Origin: an uncultured Verrucomicrobiae bacterium
GTDB taxonomy: Bacteria; Verrucomicrobiota; Verrucomicrobiia; Chthoniobacterales; JAFAMB01
DNA: 64,000 nt
Assembly: GCA_963837955.1 (NCBI GenBank)
Contig: CAWIPH010000002.1
Coordinates: 2,816,001 to 2,880,000, forward strand
Direction of reading: 5' to 3'
Made by a program: the position numbers and the translations under genes
Part shown: in pieces, positions 19,687 to 30,081 of the stretch
Layout of the letters: each line of letters opens with the position of its first letter
Numbering within the stretch: position 1 is the stretch's first letter
The notes under the pieces: model-generated
Told to the model about the DNA's origin: nothing
Database searches by the model: none
What the model saw: only the letters and a program-made list of their open reading frames with translations

Positions 19687-21441
19687 TTACGTCAGCAGTT
19701 CCGGATAATGTTGGCGAGCCATTGATTCGCAGCGCGTAAGAATTTCAGCCGCCGAGTCGAGCTCAAGCGCCTCGGCCAAAAACGTGGCGCATTCTTTGGA
19801 GTCGAGGGTTTGGACCGCTTTCTTGACCCGCGGCACCAAGCCGGCACTAGCGCTTAATTCGTCGACTCCTAGACCTATCAGGAGCGGTGTCAGCGAGATT
19901 TCACCGGCCATCTCGCCGCAGACTCCCACCCAAATATCGTTGGTGTGGGCGGCTGTCACAGCCATCTGCATCAGGCGTAAGATGGCCGGATGAGTGGGTT
20001 CGTAAAGGTGCGCGATTCGTTCGTTCACCCGATCGACTGCGATGGTATATTGGATTAGGTCGTTCGTTCCGATGCTGAAGAAATCGACCTCCTTAGCCAG
20101 GGCATCAGCAACCAGGACCGCGCTCGGTACTTCAATCATGATGCCTACTTCGAGGTTCTCGTTAAAAGGCACTCCCTCAGTTCGCAACTCTGAGCGGCAA
20201 CTTTCCAGGACCTCGTTCGCCTGTCGGAGCTCCGACAGCCCGGAAATCAAAGGATACATCATCCGAACATTGCCAAGCGCGCTAGCCCGCAAAATCGCTC
20301 GCAGTTGCGCTTTAAAAACGTCGGGACGCTCCAGACAGAATCGGATCGCTCGGCATCCCAGAAACGGATTGATCTCGGTTGGAAGATGCGAATGGCTGAG
20401 AAATTTGTCTCCTCCCAAATCGAGGGTTCGAATAATAACGGGCTGCGGAAGGAGAGCTTCGGCCACAGCGCGGTAAGCTTGGTATTGATTTTCTTCGTCC
20501 GGAAGTTCCGTCTTGTTTAGAAAGAAGAATTCTGTTCGATAAAGTCCGATCCCTTGCGCTCCCGCTGCGATGACCAGCGGCACATCCTCGGGCAATTCGA
20601 TATTAGCCGAGAGGATTATGCGTTTGCCGTCCGCCGTGACACTATCAGTGTCTCGCAAACCGGTCAGCTGCTCCTCGACCTCTTCTAGCTTTACCTCCAG
20701 CTCACCATATTCCCAAAGTGATTGGTCGGCGGGATTGACGATGACCAGCCCCTTGCTGCCGTCGAGCAAAACATGGTCGCCATTTTGGAGAGTGGTGGTC
20801 GCATCCTTCAGCCCGACTACGGCCGGAATATTCAGAGAGCGAGCCATGATCGCTGTGTGGGAAGTCCGGCTACCGACATCGGTCGCAATCCCCAGAACCA
20901 TCGGCCGGTTCAGCATCGCGGTATCCGACGGAGTTAGATTATGAGCGACGATGACGTGAGGGGAGTCGAGATGCGCCAGCGTCCTGGTAGATCGTCCAAG
21001 AAGATTGCGGATCACCCGCCGGGTAACGTCGTAAATGTCGAATGCGCGTTCCCGGAGATAAGGGTCGTCGATTTCACTCAGCGTCTTGGCGTACCGGTTG
21101 GCTACTTCGCTAAAGGTAAATTCCACATTCCAGCGCTCACGCTGCAGAGCCCGCAGTACTTCATCGATCAAGGTGTGGTCCTCTACGACCATCAGATGAG
21201 CATCGAAAATGCTGGCATCCTTCGCGCCGATCGCCTCGGCGATCCGTTGTTGCATTTCCAGGATTTGGGCACGGGTGGCAATGAGGGCCGCCTCGAACCG
21301 GGCAATTTCGGCGGGCATCTCGGATTCGTCGAGCTTACGCTTAGGTGGCTCTTCGTCGTCTGGATGATGCAGAAAGACGATTCCGCGGGCAAAACCGGGC
21401 GCTACGCCTACTCCTCGCAGTGTTACTTCCTGATCGCTCAT
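19687..21441 (-). CDS. ptsI: PTS Enzyme I (PEP-protein phosphotransferase)
   Basis: GSRTSHTAIMARS phospho-His motif, GIGLYRTEF, RTLDLGGDK, NPFLGCRAIR, DFFSIGTNDL, CGEMAG. Confidence 0.96.
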   Translation of the reverse strand: MSDQEVTLRGVGVAPGFARGIVFLHHPDDEEPPKRKLDESEMPAEIARFEAALIATRAQILEMQQRIAEAIGAKDASIFDAHLMVVEDHTLIDEVLRALQRERWNVEFTFSEVANRYAKTLSEIDDPYLRERAFDIYDVTRRVIRNLLGRSTRTLAHLDSPHVIVAHNLTPSDTAMLNRPMVLGIATDVGSRTSHTAIMARSLNIPAVVGLKDATTTLQNGDHVLLDGSKGLVIVNPADQSLWEYGELEVKLEEVEEQLTGLRDTDSVTADGKRIILSANIELPEDVPLVIAAGAQGIGLYRTEFFFLNKTELPDEENQYQAYRAVAEALLPQPVIIRTLDLGGDKFLSHSHLPTEINPFLGCRAIRFCLERPDVFKAQLRAILRASALGNVRMMYPLISGLSELRQANEVLESCRSELRTEGVPFNENLEVGIMIEVPSAVLVADALAKEVDFFSIGTNDLIQYTIAVDRVNERIAHLYEPTHPAILRLMQMAVTAAHTNDIWVGVCGEMAGEISLTPLLIGLGVDELSASAGLVPRVKKAVQTLDSKECATFLAEALELDSAAEILTRCESMARQHYPELLT

Positions 21442-21557
21442 TGCCGGATCTGAGCCTAATCAAACCTGGTCAACTTTCGACCAAAAAGAGCGGGTCAGGG
21501 AAAGTGCGGGGTTCTGAGGGTGCGAAAACAAGAAATGGGATAGCAATCAAACTTTAA

Positions 21558-21857
21558 CTATTCCTCGTCAAAACGCCGTTCGATCAATGACTCTAGCTCC
21601 TTGACTGCCTGTTCGGCATCGGATCCTTCGGCCGAAATCATCAACTTGGATCCCTGTCCCGCCGCCAGCATCATTAAGCCCATTATGCTCTTTCCGTTGA
21701 CCTGTTCGCCGTCCTTCTCCACCCAGATCTCGGCCCGATGCTTGTTAGCGATGCGAACAAACATGGCAGCCGGCCGCGCGTGCAGGCCAAGCTTGTTTAC
21801 GATGGTCACTTCTCGTAGAATTTTGCCGGATCCCGACCGCTTGCTCAAAAGCCCCAT
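21558..21857 (-). CDS. ptsH: Phosphocarrier protein HPr
   Basis: GLHARPAA (His15) and NGKSIMGLM (Ser46). Confidence 0.96.
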   Translation of the reverse strand: MGLLSKRSGSGKILREVTIVNKLGLHARPAAMFVRIANKHRAEIWVEKDGEQVNGKSIMGLMMLAAGQGSKLMISAEGSDAEQAVKELESLIERRFDEE

Positions 21858-22813
21858 TAGATCTCCTTGTTGTTTTGCATCAAATTCAAGAGGCGCTGAT
21901 TAAATTCCACAGCGCTATTTTGGCCAAGACTCTTCAACTTCTGATCCAACGCTGCAACCTCAACTAGTCGGGCCAAATCACGGCCCACGCGGACCGGGAT
22001 CGTGATGTGTGGAATCTGGATTCCGAGAATTTCGTAGTATTCCGTCTCGAGTCCAATTCTATCAACCTCTTCCAATTCATGCCAGTCGCGGAGCGTCACG
22101 ATTAAATCCAAACGTTTCTCGAGGCGAATGCTACCGACGCCAAAGATGGAAGCAACATTGATAATTCCGAGGCCGCGGACCTCCATATGGTATCTAGTCA
22201 GGTCAGGGGCTGTACCGACGAGTTCGCGTCCTTCGATTGCTCGAAATCGCGTGACATCGTCACTCACCAGGCTATAGCCACGCTCGATCAGCCCCAAGAC
22301 GCACTCGCTCTTACCGATGCCGCTGTCACCTCGAATCAATGTTCCGACGCCCAAAATATCGACCATGCTACCGTGCTCGGTTTTGGTGGGCGCAAAATCC
22401 ATCTCCAATGCAATGGTTGCGGCATTGATGAAGCGCATGGTCACCATTGGCGTACGGAAAATGGCAATTTTATTTCCGGCAGCGGCCTCGGTAAGAGCTC
22501 TGGGGACTGGGAGGTTTCGGGAGACGACGACGCAAGGGATTTGTTGCTGGCAAAGCTGGAAGCAGCGTTTGCGCTGCTCGTCGAGAGTCAAGCTCTTTAG
22601 ATAGCTATCTTCTGCGTTTCCAAGCACTTGCACACGTTTATCCGCGAAATAGACAAAAAATCCGGAGAGAGCAAGCCCGGGGCGGTTAATCGTTGGTTCT
22701 CGAATCTTCCGGTCAAACCCATTGGCCGGGCCAAACAGCTTCAGGTGAAGTGATTCCCCGTGACGGGTATAGAATTCACCCACTCGGGCAAACGGCAGTT
22801 TTCCTCGTTTCAT
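21857..22813 (-). CDS. hprK: HPr(Ser) kinase/phosphorylase
   Basis: NRPGLAL, HGSMVDI, GDSGIGKSE, LVSDD, MEVRGLGII. Start set to ATG 22813. Confidence 0.96.
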   Translation of the reverse strand: MKRGKLPFARVGEFYTRHGESLHLKLFGPANGFDRKIREPTINRPGLALSGFFVYFADKRVQVLGNAEDSYLKSLTLDEQRKRCFQLCQQQIPCVVVSRNLPVPRALTEAAAGNKIAIFRTPMVTMRFINAATIALEMDFAPTKTEHGSMVDILGVGTLIRGDSGIGKSECVLGLIERGYSLVSDDVTRFRAIEGRELVGTAPDLTRYHMEVRGLGIINVASIFGVGSIRLEKRLDLIVTLRDWHELEEVDRIGLETEYYEILGIQIPHITIPVRVGRDLARLVEVAALDQKLKSLGQNSAVEFNQRLLNLMQNNKEI

Positions 22814-22944
22814 CGGCTCGCCGCCCCGAGTTCGAGCGCGATCAGATTGCCCTTGAAGTTGCGCCGGACTGCGAGTCGGTGTCGATTCGCAGTCCGAGCA
22901 CAAAGCTGATAAATAACCGGTCGTTCAATAATAGGAACTAGGCT

Positions 22945-23556
22945 TTAACTAAACGCCGGTTCAATCAAACCAAAATCACCTTTCTTACGCCGATAGAGAA
23001 CGTTCACTTTTTCAGTTTGGCAATTGAGAAAGACCAGGAACTGCTTCGTTGAAAGTTCCATCTGTAAAACTGCTTCATCCGGCGACATCGGCTTGACGGG
23101 ATGTTTTTCCCTGTGAACGATCTCGCGGACAGCCTCTTCTTCCACGGGTGCCTCCCCATTGGCCGGAAATTCAGCGGCAACATCAATCCAATCCCAGCGC
23201 ACAATGCGATCCTCGAACTGTCGCATCCCCTGTTTTTTGGGGCGATGGTTTCTCATAAGACGCGTCTTGCATTTGCGCATCTGCCGGGCCACGCGATCCA
23301 CCACCTGGTCAATCGATGCGTACATATCGTTACACTCTGAGCGAGCCTCGATGGTGATGTGATTGCTGCAGTGCAAAATCACCTCAGCCTGATGCCGGTA
23401 TTTCTGAACGTCGAGAATAACTTGTACCTCAATAATCTTGGGATAATCGAGGTGAAGCGTCGCCACTTTTCTGCGGCAGTACTCCTTCATAGCTTCTGTC
23501 ACGCTGACGTGTCTTCCGGTCACCCGGATGGGTGGATTTGCATTTCTTATCTGCAT
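22945..23556 (-). CDS. hpf: Ribosome hibernation promoting factor (long HPF/RaiA)
   Basis: VTGRHVSVTEAMKEY, DMYASID, KPMSPDEAVLQM, VNVLYRRKKGDFGLIEP. Confidence 0.93.
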   Translation of the reverse strand: MQIRNANPPIRVTGRHVSVTEAMKEYCRRKVATLHLDYPKIIEVQVILDVQKYRHQAEVILHCSNHITIEARSECNDMYASIDQVVDRVARQMRKCKTRLMRNHRPKKQGMRQFEDRIVRWDWIDVAAEFPANGEAPVEEEAVREIVHREKHPVKPMSPDEAVLQMELSTKQFLVFLNCQTEKVNVLYRRKKGDFGLIEPAFS

Positions 23557-23716
23557 ATTGCCCCTTTCTTAAGGTTAATTGCTGTTCCAAGTTTCGGCCG
23601 CGCGAAGGCCGGAAGGTACGTGGTGTAAGTCTGTGGCAGCCCGGCGGCTTTCGATTGTAACAAACAATATTGGTTTTTCTTTGGTTCGAGCGGGCAGGGA
23701 GGGCTTCCCAGCTCTG

Positions 23717-24502
23717 CTACATACGAAAACGTTCTCCTAAATAGAGTTGACGGCTAATGGGGTCATTAATCAGGAATTCTCGAGTCCCTTGGCTTTCGAC
23801 GCGTCCGTCGTAGATAAGGTAAGCCCGGTCAACGATCTCGAGTGTCTCCCGGACGTTGTGGTCGGTAATCAGGATGGCCAGACCCGATTTGCGCAAATTG
23901 GAGATATGCTGCTGGATCTCGGATACCGCTATCGGATCTACCCCGCTGAACGGCTCATCCAACATGATGAGCTTGGGGTGCGTGACCAAGGAACGAGCGA
24001 TCGTCAAACGACGCTTTTCACCGCCGCTGAGGGTTAATGCCTGATGCTTGGCTAGATTCTCAATTCCAAACTGCCGCAAGAGCGCATCGCATCTCTGTTT
24101 CTTTGCGCGACGATTACCTGGCATCATCTCCAGGATCGCCATAATGTTCTCTTCGACCGTGAGTTTTCGGAAAATCGATTCTTCTTGGGGAAGGTACCCC
24201 ATGCCCATTCGCGCCCGGCGATGCATAGCGAAGCGCGTTACATCACCGTCTTCGAAGTAAACCCGACCGCCGTTTGGTCGCACGAGCCCTACGATAAGAT
24301 AAAAAGTTGTCGTTTTGCCAGCACCATTTGGTCCGAGCAAACCGACAATTTCACCGCGATCGACGTGAATATCGATCCCATTCACCACTGCGCGCCCACC
24401 GTAGATTTTTACGAGCTTATCCGTCCGTAGGATCGGAGCTTCGGTTTGCTTCTGCGGTGCGACATCGGTTGTCGGCGCAGCCTGTAGATTTCCCGTCGCC
24501 AT
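23717..24502 (-). CDS. lptB: LPS export ABC transporter ATP-binding protein
   Basis: GPNGAGKTTTFY, GYLPQEESIFRKL, LSGGEKRR, DEPFSGVDP, ITDHNVRETL, YLGERFRM. Confidence 0.96.
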   Translation of the reverse strand: MATGNLQAAPTTDVAPQKQTEAPILRTDKLVKIYGGRAVVNGIDIHVDRGEIVGLLGPNGAGKTTTFYLIVGLVRPNGGRVYFEDGDVTRFAMHRRARMGMGYLPQEESIFRKLTVEENIMAILEMMPGNRRAKKQRCDALLRQFGIENLAKHQALTLSGGEKRRLTIARSLVTHPKLIMLDEPFSGVDPIAVSEIQQHISNLRKSGLAILITDHNVRETLEIVDRAYLIYDGRVESQGTREFLINDPISRQLYLGERFRM

Positions 24503-24507
24503 TCTTG

Positions 24508-25284
24508 CTATTGTTGTCCCGGGGGAGCGGCCTTGGTTCCTTCGGATTTGTCCTGAATAATAGTTCGACTTGCGCCAAAGGTCTTCAGTCTTCCGTCGCG
24601 ATACAAGATCATTCTGGTGCCTTCTTCTGTCGAGATATGCGTGTTAATACCCTGCGTAATCTGGGGCCATCCAATCAGCGTCATTGATTGATCCTTAGCG
24701 TCATACAGCGCTTTTTGCGCCCGTCCAGTCGAAAGGACCGGAGGCGGAGTCGGCGAAGGAGTTGGGCTCGGCGGATCCGCGAGAACGGAGAATGGTGTCG
24801 AAGTCGGTGTAGGTGTCGGCGTTGGGGTAGAGGCTCCGGCATTGGAGCCGTCTTTGGTATTCTTTGTCTCGTTGGCGTGCACAATGATCACGTTACCCTC
24901 GGCCTCTGCGGAACTGAGCCCACCCCCCTCTTCCTGTTTGGCCATGTGCACAGTCAATTTGTCTGCGGTCATCGTAAAGTCGGGATCAACCACTTTAACG
25001 TTCCCAACAAACACACCAGTTCGCGTTGATCCGTCAAACTCAAATTGCTCCCGGGCCGTAATTTCGGTTGGTCCCTTGTTCTGGGTCGATCCCGGGAGAG
25101 CCCCGTTTTGCTTTGCATCCTTGTTTGGCTTGCCCACGGGCGAACTACTGCTCTTGGGAGACGCTGAGCTTCGAGCGGTCGGGCTCTTAACTTGTTTTGG
25201 TTTACTCGCGGTTGGCTGTTGGGCCGACAAGTTGCCGATGATCGCGGCCCCAAAGGCTATTGCCAAAATGCTACTTTTTTTCAC
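24508..25284 (-). CDS. lptA: LptA/OstA-family LPS transport protein with Pro/Thr-rich insert
   Basis: Signal peptide, beta-jellyroll-like FVGNVKV, MTADKL, AEGNVII; lies between lptC-like and lptB. Confidence 0.75.
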   Translation of the reverse strand: MKKSSILAIAFGAAIIGNLSAQQPTASKPKQVKSPTARSSASPKSSSSPVGKPNKDAKQNGALPGSTQNKGPTEITAREQFEFDGSTRTGVFVGNVKVVDPDFTMTADKLTVHMAKQEEGGGLSSAEAEGNVIIVHANETKNTKDGSNAGASTPTPTPTPTSTPFSVLADPPSPTPSPTPPPVLSTGRAQKALYDAKDQSMTLIGWPQITQGINTHISTEEGTRMILYRDGRLKTFGASRTIIQDKSEGTKAAPPGQQ

Positions 25285-25780
25285 TGGTTAGCTGCTGATC
25301 TTCGTCCGATTTCTTGTTGGTCAACGCATCGCGGTTGTAAATGATCAAACGAACATTCCCGATGACCTTCCCTTGGCGCGTTTTGGTGTTGAATTCCATT
25401 GCGTCACCCGTGAGGCGAAAGTCTTCCCGGCTGACGATGACGGGATCATGGCTGACAACGATGTTTGTATCCATGTTCATCACCGAAGTTTTCAGCTCGA
25501 TCTTGGCATCCGGTTTGTAAGTTTCCTGGCTGTACGTTTGGATCACCGAGGAACGCATCTCGACATTTTGCTCGTCCAGGCGTCTAGCCCACTCGACGTC
25601 CATCCGAAACTCGATCTTCCCCTCGTCGTTCCGAAAGGGAATCCGCAGACCTTTGACATCGTGCCCAATCGGGACCGGCAGCACAATCTTGCGCTCACCG
25701 TTGGGCGATCCTCCGAAGAGCTCTCCCCCTAGAGCGAAGCAGAGGGCTAGAGCCGCCAAAGGTTTAGCGCACCACTTCAT
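25271..25780 (-). CDS. lptC: LptC-like LPS export protein
   Basis: N-terminal hydrophobic segment, LTGDAMEFN..GKVIGNV beta-rich end; kdsA-lptC-lptA-lptB synteny. Confidence 0.7.
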   Translation of the reverse strand: MKWCAKPLAALALCFALGGELFGGSPNGERKIVLPVPIGHDVKGLRIPFRNDEGKIEFRMDVEWARRLDEQNVEMRSSVIQTYSQETYKPDAKIELKTSVMNMDTNIVVSHDPVIVSREDFRLTGDAMEFNTKTRQGKVIGNVRLIIYNRDALTNKKSDEDQQLTSEKK

Positions 25781-26585
25781 GGATTTTCTTAAGCTGAGAC
25801 AATAATTGTGGCAAATCGCTCAACCGGATTTGATTTGGTCCGTCCGATAGCGCTTCACTCGGGTTTGGATGAGTCTCTATGAAAATACCGTCGCAACCGG
25901 CGGCCACCGCCGATCGGGCCAAAACTGGGGCGAGCTCGCCGTCCCCTCCTGTACTCGTTCCGCTACTCCCGGGTCGCTGCACTGAATGCGTCGCATCGAA
26001 TACCACTGGGTAACCCTGTTTTCTGATCCAATACAACGAGCGCATGTCGGCCACGAGATTATTGTACCCGAAGGTGGTACCCCGCTCTGTAAAAACGTAG
26101 TTCCGACAGCCGGAAGCCTCTAGCTTCTCCGCGATGTTAGCCACATCCCAGGGGGCCAGAAATTGACCTTTCTTGACATTAACCGCCCTCCCCGTGGCGC
26201 CAGCAGCTTGAATGAGATCCGTCTGCCGGCACAGAAAAGCCGGAATTTGGAGGACATCGATAAACTCGCTGGCCGCTTGCGCTTCTTCGACTGAGTGCAC
26301 GTCGGTGGTAACCGGCACTTTCAACTCCTCTCCGATCGCCTGCAAGATTCGACAGCCATTTTTCAATCCAATTCCGCGATACGATTTCGATGAAGTACGA
26401 TTGGCTTTGTCGTAGGAAGCCTTAAAGATCCAGGGAACGTCGATAGTTTGACAGATCTCCTCTAGCTGGCGAGCGAGCGCCCAAACAAAATCTTCCGATT
26501 CAATTACACACGGTCCAAGGATAAAAAAGGGTGTACTTCCGCCTGACTGAATTCGCCCGATCTGGAAAGTTTTGCTGCCCGGCAT
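25764..26585 (-). CDS. kdsA: KDO 8-phosphate synthase
   Basis: GPCVIES, FKASYDKANRTS, QIPAFLCRQTDL, KKGQFLAP, ERGTTFGY, FDATHSVQ, SDG. Confidence 0.97.
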   Translation of the reverse strand: MPGSKTFQIGRIQSGGSTPFFILGPCVIESEDFVWALARQLEEICQTIDVPWIFKASYDKANRTSSKSYRGIGLKNGCRILQAIGEELKVPVTTDVHSVEEAQAASEFIDVLQIPAFLCRQTDLIQAAGATGRAVNVKKGQFLAPWDVANIAEKLEASGCRNYVFTERGTTFGYNNLVADMRSLYWIRKQGYPVVFDATHSVQRPGSSGTSTGGDGELAPVLARSAVAAGCDGIFIETHPNPSEALSDGPNQIRLSDLPQLLSQLKKIHEVVR

Positions 26586-26669
26586 GAGTGCAAAGATGAG
26601 CGGCGCTCAAAGGAGAGACGGCTCTGCAACAATTCCGTTGCAAGATTCTCCTCGGAATAGGCGTAAATC

Positions 26670-27101
26670 TTACGAGCCGTAGCTCTTGACGAACTTCTTC
26701 TTTCCTTCGCTCTCGCCAGCCGAAGGAGCCCCTGTGATTGGGTTTTCGATCTTGGATACTGGTTCCGTTTCGGCGGTCGAGGGTTCGGGTCTCGTATCAG
26801 CCTTCCGTTCGGATCGTTTCTCTCGCACTGCCTCCACATACGCCAACTGCAAACTGGACAACGTATTGGCGAGGATCTGTGCTTCGTCTTTGTTCAGATT
26901 ACCCTTGGTTTTTTCCTGGATCATCGCCAATTGATCGATCAGCAGCTTGGCAAATTCGAGGTTCACTTCCGGTTTGCCCGTCTGGGGATGCGGTATCTGG
27001 CCGAGTAACAGAGCAGCATGCTGCGCCTGCATGAGGACAAATTCGATGAATCGCTGCGCCATCTCACCTGACGCGGCCGTGGTATTCTGAAATTCTGCCA
27101 T
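26670..27101 (-). CDS. DUF1844-domain protein
   Basis: LGQIPHP.TG...NLE.AKL.IDQL.M..EKTKGNL..E motif. Confidence 0.85.
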   Translation of the reverse strand: MAEFQNTTAASGEMAQRFIEFVLMQAQHAALLLGQIPHPQTGKPEVNLEFAKLLIDQLAMIQEKTKGNLNKDEAQILANTLSSLQLAYVEAVREKRSERKADTRPEPSTAETEPVSKIENPITGAPSAGESEGKKKFVKSYGS

Positions 27102-27118
27102 ACGCGTGAATCAAACGA

Positions 27119-29641
27119 CTATGGCTTAACAATGACCGTGATGGCAGGTTTATCCATTAAATATTTACGGCAGACTGCCTGAACATTTTCCAGTCTCGTT
27201 GCCTCGATTTCTCGCTGCCGCCGTTCTAAGTACTCAAGACCAAAGCCATAGATCTCATTCAGAGCCAGGGCATGAGCGTACGCTTCCAGGTTCTGCTTCT
27301 GGAAAGCGAGCTGGGCGAGCATCTTGGTTTTTGACCGCTCCAGTTCTTCGCTAGAAAGAGCGCCCTCGGCCAAATTTTCCATCTCCTTGTGGCAAAGCTG
27401 GACGACTTCGTCAGTAAACTCTGGTCCGGTCGCCGCGTAGATGCTGAACAGCCCGGGTGCCAGGCCGAGGGAAAGCGAGCTGCCCACGGAATAGGCCAAT
27501 CCAAGCTCTTCCCGGAGTTTAATAAAAAATCGCGAACTCGCATCCCCGGTAGCTTCATCAAGGATCTCGAAAGCGATCCGTTCTCGATCAAACAAAGTGC
27601 AAGCCAGGTAACCGATACTAACAAAGGCTTGATGTTTTTGATGGTGTTGCACCAGCTTGCGAGACGTAATCGGTGCGACTTTGGGCACCTTGAAATGGGC
27701 CGCTGACGATCGCTTGGGGAGAATACCGAGAAACTTTGTTACGGCGGGCCAAATTTCGTCTGCGTCGAAGTGACCGCAAATGGCGAACGAGCATGGCGCC
27801 GAATCAATGATCTGGCCATGGAGTCGGATCAAATCCTCCCGTCGGATACTGGCGACGGAGTTTCGGGTGCCAATAAGATTCATGGCATACGGATGGTCCC
27901 CGTATATCGCAGCACGAAGAACACTCCTGGCCAAGATCCCCGGCTGAGCGTCTTCCGCTTCGATAGCCGCGATCTGGCTGGCCCGCTCGCGTTCGATAGC
28001 ATCCTCCGGAAAAGACGCCGAGGTCAAAGTTTCTTCCACCAGAGCCAGGAGTTTTTGAAAATCCCCGGCCAGCGAGCTAAATGCGATACGCGAAGAGTTG
28101 TAGCCAGAGTCTCCAAAAAGGGTGCCTCCGAGCGACTCGACCTGGTCGGCGATTTCAGCGCTCGAGCGATTCTTTGTTCCTTTAATGAGGCTATGACTAT
28201 ATAGGCGATGGATACCGCTGTTCTTCGGATTCTCGGACAAGACCCCCCCTCGAAATACGATAGAGGCGTGCAGGATCGGCAGCCGATGATCGGGAATGAA
28301 GACGACGTGAACGCCGTTTGGGGCAAGGCGCATTTCCGGGGTCTTCTCGGCTACCAATCGGGGACGACGTGAGGTTATCGAGCTCTGCGGCTGGAGTGTC
28401 CCTACAGTTAAGTTATCTTCGTAAAGATACCGGTCATAAACTGCGTAGACTTCATCCAGGGACACCGATTGCGCTCGCTGGAGGTAGCGTTGATTGAACT
28501 GAAGATTACGGGTGTAGAGCCAATTCAATCCGGTATCGGAGGCGACCCCCTTCACCGTCTGCAGCTGCTCCCAGGCGCTGACCTGAATAATGCGTTTTGC
28601 TTTGGCCAGGTGCTCTCCGGCAAGCGGCCGCTTTCGCCATTCGGCTAGTTTTTGCAGCGTCGCGGGCTCGATGCTGGCGACATTCTCCACCGGACAGGTT
28701 CCAGACACGGTCAAAAGTCCGGGAAACCCTGGGGTAAACGCGTAGGCTCCAATCCCGTGGACTATTCCCTTCTTTTCCCGCAGTTCATCATAGAGGAAAG
28801 AGCTGGCTCCTCCCCCCAGCAAGACTGAAAGAATATCCAACGCCGGCAGATCCTCATGCGCCACGCCTGGCACATGCCAAGCCAGACTGAAATACCCCAA
28901 CTGCGAGTCAAAGACTCGTGACTCTCGGCGACACCCAAGCTGAGGTGGCTCTTCCGGGACAACGATCGGGGCAACCGGTGCTGGCGAGACCGCTCCGAAG
29001 GAAGCCTCGACTTGTTGACGGACAGTTTCAGCATCTACATCACCGGCAACCGCTATAAACACATTGTCTGGCACATACCTTCGACGGTAGTAGCGGAGCA
29101 CATCATCACGCGTGATCCGATCAAATATCCGTCGCAATCCGATCACCGGTGTACGACACGGGTGCAACTGGTACGCAGTTGCGAAGGTGAGGTGGCTGAG
29201 CATGCGATCGGGATCATCATAACCCATTTCAAACTCCCGCCGGATCACGTCCATCTCGCGCTCGAGTTCGCTTGCTTCGATCAATGATCCGAAGAGCATG
29301 TCAGCCAGAACGTCAAGCGCCGTGCCGACGACCGCTTTTGGGCAATCGACCCAGAAAACTGTTCGATCGAACGAGGTGTATGCATTGACATAACCGCCCC
29401 CTCGATGGATCTCTTCGCTAATGTCCGTGGCGGTACGGCGAGCGGTGCCCTTGAACAACATGTGCTCCAGCAGATGCGTCAATCCCCCGCCCAACCATTC
29501 CTGTTCGTGGATACTCCCGGTTTGACACCAGGCTTGGACACTTGCGACCCCCGCGTAGTGTTGCTCAGAAACCAGCAACGTTAAGCCATTCGCGAGCTCA
29601 AATTTTTCGACGCGAATCTCCGGAAATTCCATGCGTTGCAT
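27119..29641 (-). CDS. M16 (pitrilysin-family) zinc peptidase, two-module
   Basis: HLLEHMLFKGT (HxxEH), NAYTSFD, HP..PVIG; second module lacks HxxEH; LREELGLAYSV. Confidence 0.93.
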   Translation of the reverse strand: MQRMEFPEIRVEKFELANGLTLLVSEQHYAGVASVQAWCQTGSIHEQEWLGGGLTHLLEHMLFKGTARRTATDISEEIHRGGGYVNAYTSFDRTVFWVDCPKAVVGTALDVLADMLFGSLIEASELEREMDVIRREFEMGYDDPDRMLSHLTFATAYQLHPCRTPVIGLRRIFDRITRDDVLRYYRRRYVPDNVFIAVAGDVDAETVRQQVEASFGAVSPAPVAPIVVPEEPPQLGCRRESRVFDSQLGYFSLAWHVPGVAHEDLPALDILSVLLGGGASSFLYDELREKKGIVHGIGAYAFTPGFPGLLTVSGTCPVENVASIEPATLQKLAEWRKRPLAGEHLAKAKRIIQVSAWEQLQTVKGVASDTGLNWLYTRNLQFNQRYLQRAQSVSLDEVYAVYDRYLYEDNLTVGTLQPQSSITSRRPRLVAEKTPEMRLAPNGVHVVFIPDHRLPILHASIVFRGGVLSENPKNSGIHRLYSHSLIKGTKNRSSAEIADQVESLGGTLFGDSGYNSSRIAFSSLAGDFQKLLALVEETLTSASFPEDAIERERASQIAAIEAEDAQPGILARSVLRAAIYGDHPYAMNLIGTRNSVASIRREDLIRLHGQIIDSAPCSFAICGHFDADEIWPAVTKFLGILPKRSSAAHFKVPKVAPITSRKLVQHHQKHQAFVSIGYLACTLFDRERIAFEILDEATGDASSRFFIKLREELGLAYSVGSSLSLGLAPGLFSIYAATGPEFTDEVVQLCHKEMENLAEGALSSEELERSKTKMLAQLAFQKQNLEAYAHALALNEIYGFGLEYLERRQREIEATRLENVQAVCRKYLMDKPAITVIVKP

Positions 29642-29677
29642 CCTGTCGTCTAGTGCACTGGATCGCAGGAGGCACCC

Positions 29678-30076
29678 TTAGGCACGCTTACCACTTTTCA
29701 ATGACTCATAGGGCTCGATAAACGCGGCGTGGAAATCGATCGCCGCCTGAAAATCTCGCGGTTGGTCGGATTCGGTTTTTCCAAAAACGCCAGCCTCAAT
29801 GAGATTGAAAACGATATTCCCAACGTCTTCGGACGATGTTACTCTCCAATGTTCAAGGACGGTCATTACCATCGGACCAAATTCCTTGAGTGCATATTGC
29901 CGAAACCCGTCCATTAACTCAGCAGCTGTCACGTGTACGCTCGGATCCGCTTGGCCCTTTTTCTGTTGCTTGATGGTGAATTCGAGCGCCTCCTTCACGA
30001 AATCGTACGCTTCTTTGTCGTAACGCGGATCTTTCTCGACAACGCGCTCGACCATCTCCTGAAACGATTTCTGCAT
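29678..30076 (-). CDS. Conserved PVC-group protein (Minf_1886-like)
   Basis: DPRY...AY.FV.EAL, HVT..EL, FGPM...VL..W, DVG.IVFNL...G...KT..D...DF pattern. Confidence 0.75.
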   Translation of the reverse strand: MQKSFQEMVERVVEKDPRYDKEAYDFVKEALEFTIKQQKKGQADPSVHVTAAELMDGFRQYALKEFGPMVMTVLEHWRVTSSEDVGNIVFNLIEAGVFGKTESDQPRDFQAAIDFHAAFIEPYESLKSGKRA

Positions 30077-30081
30077 AGCGA

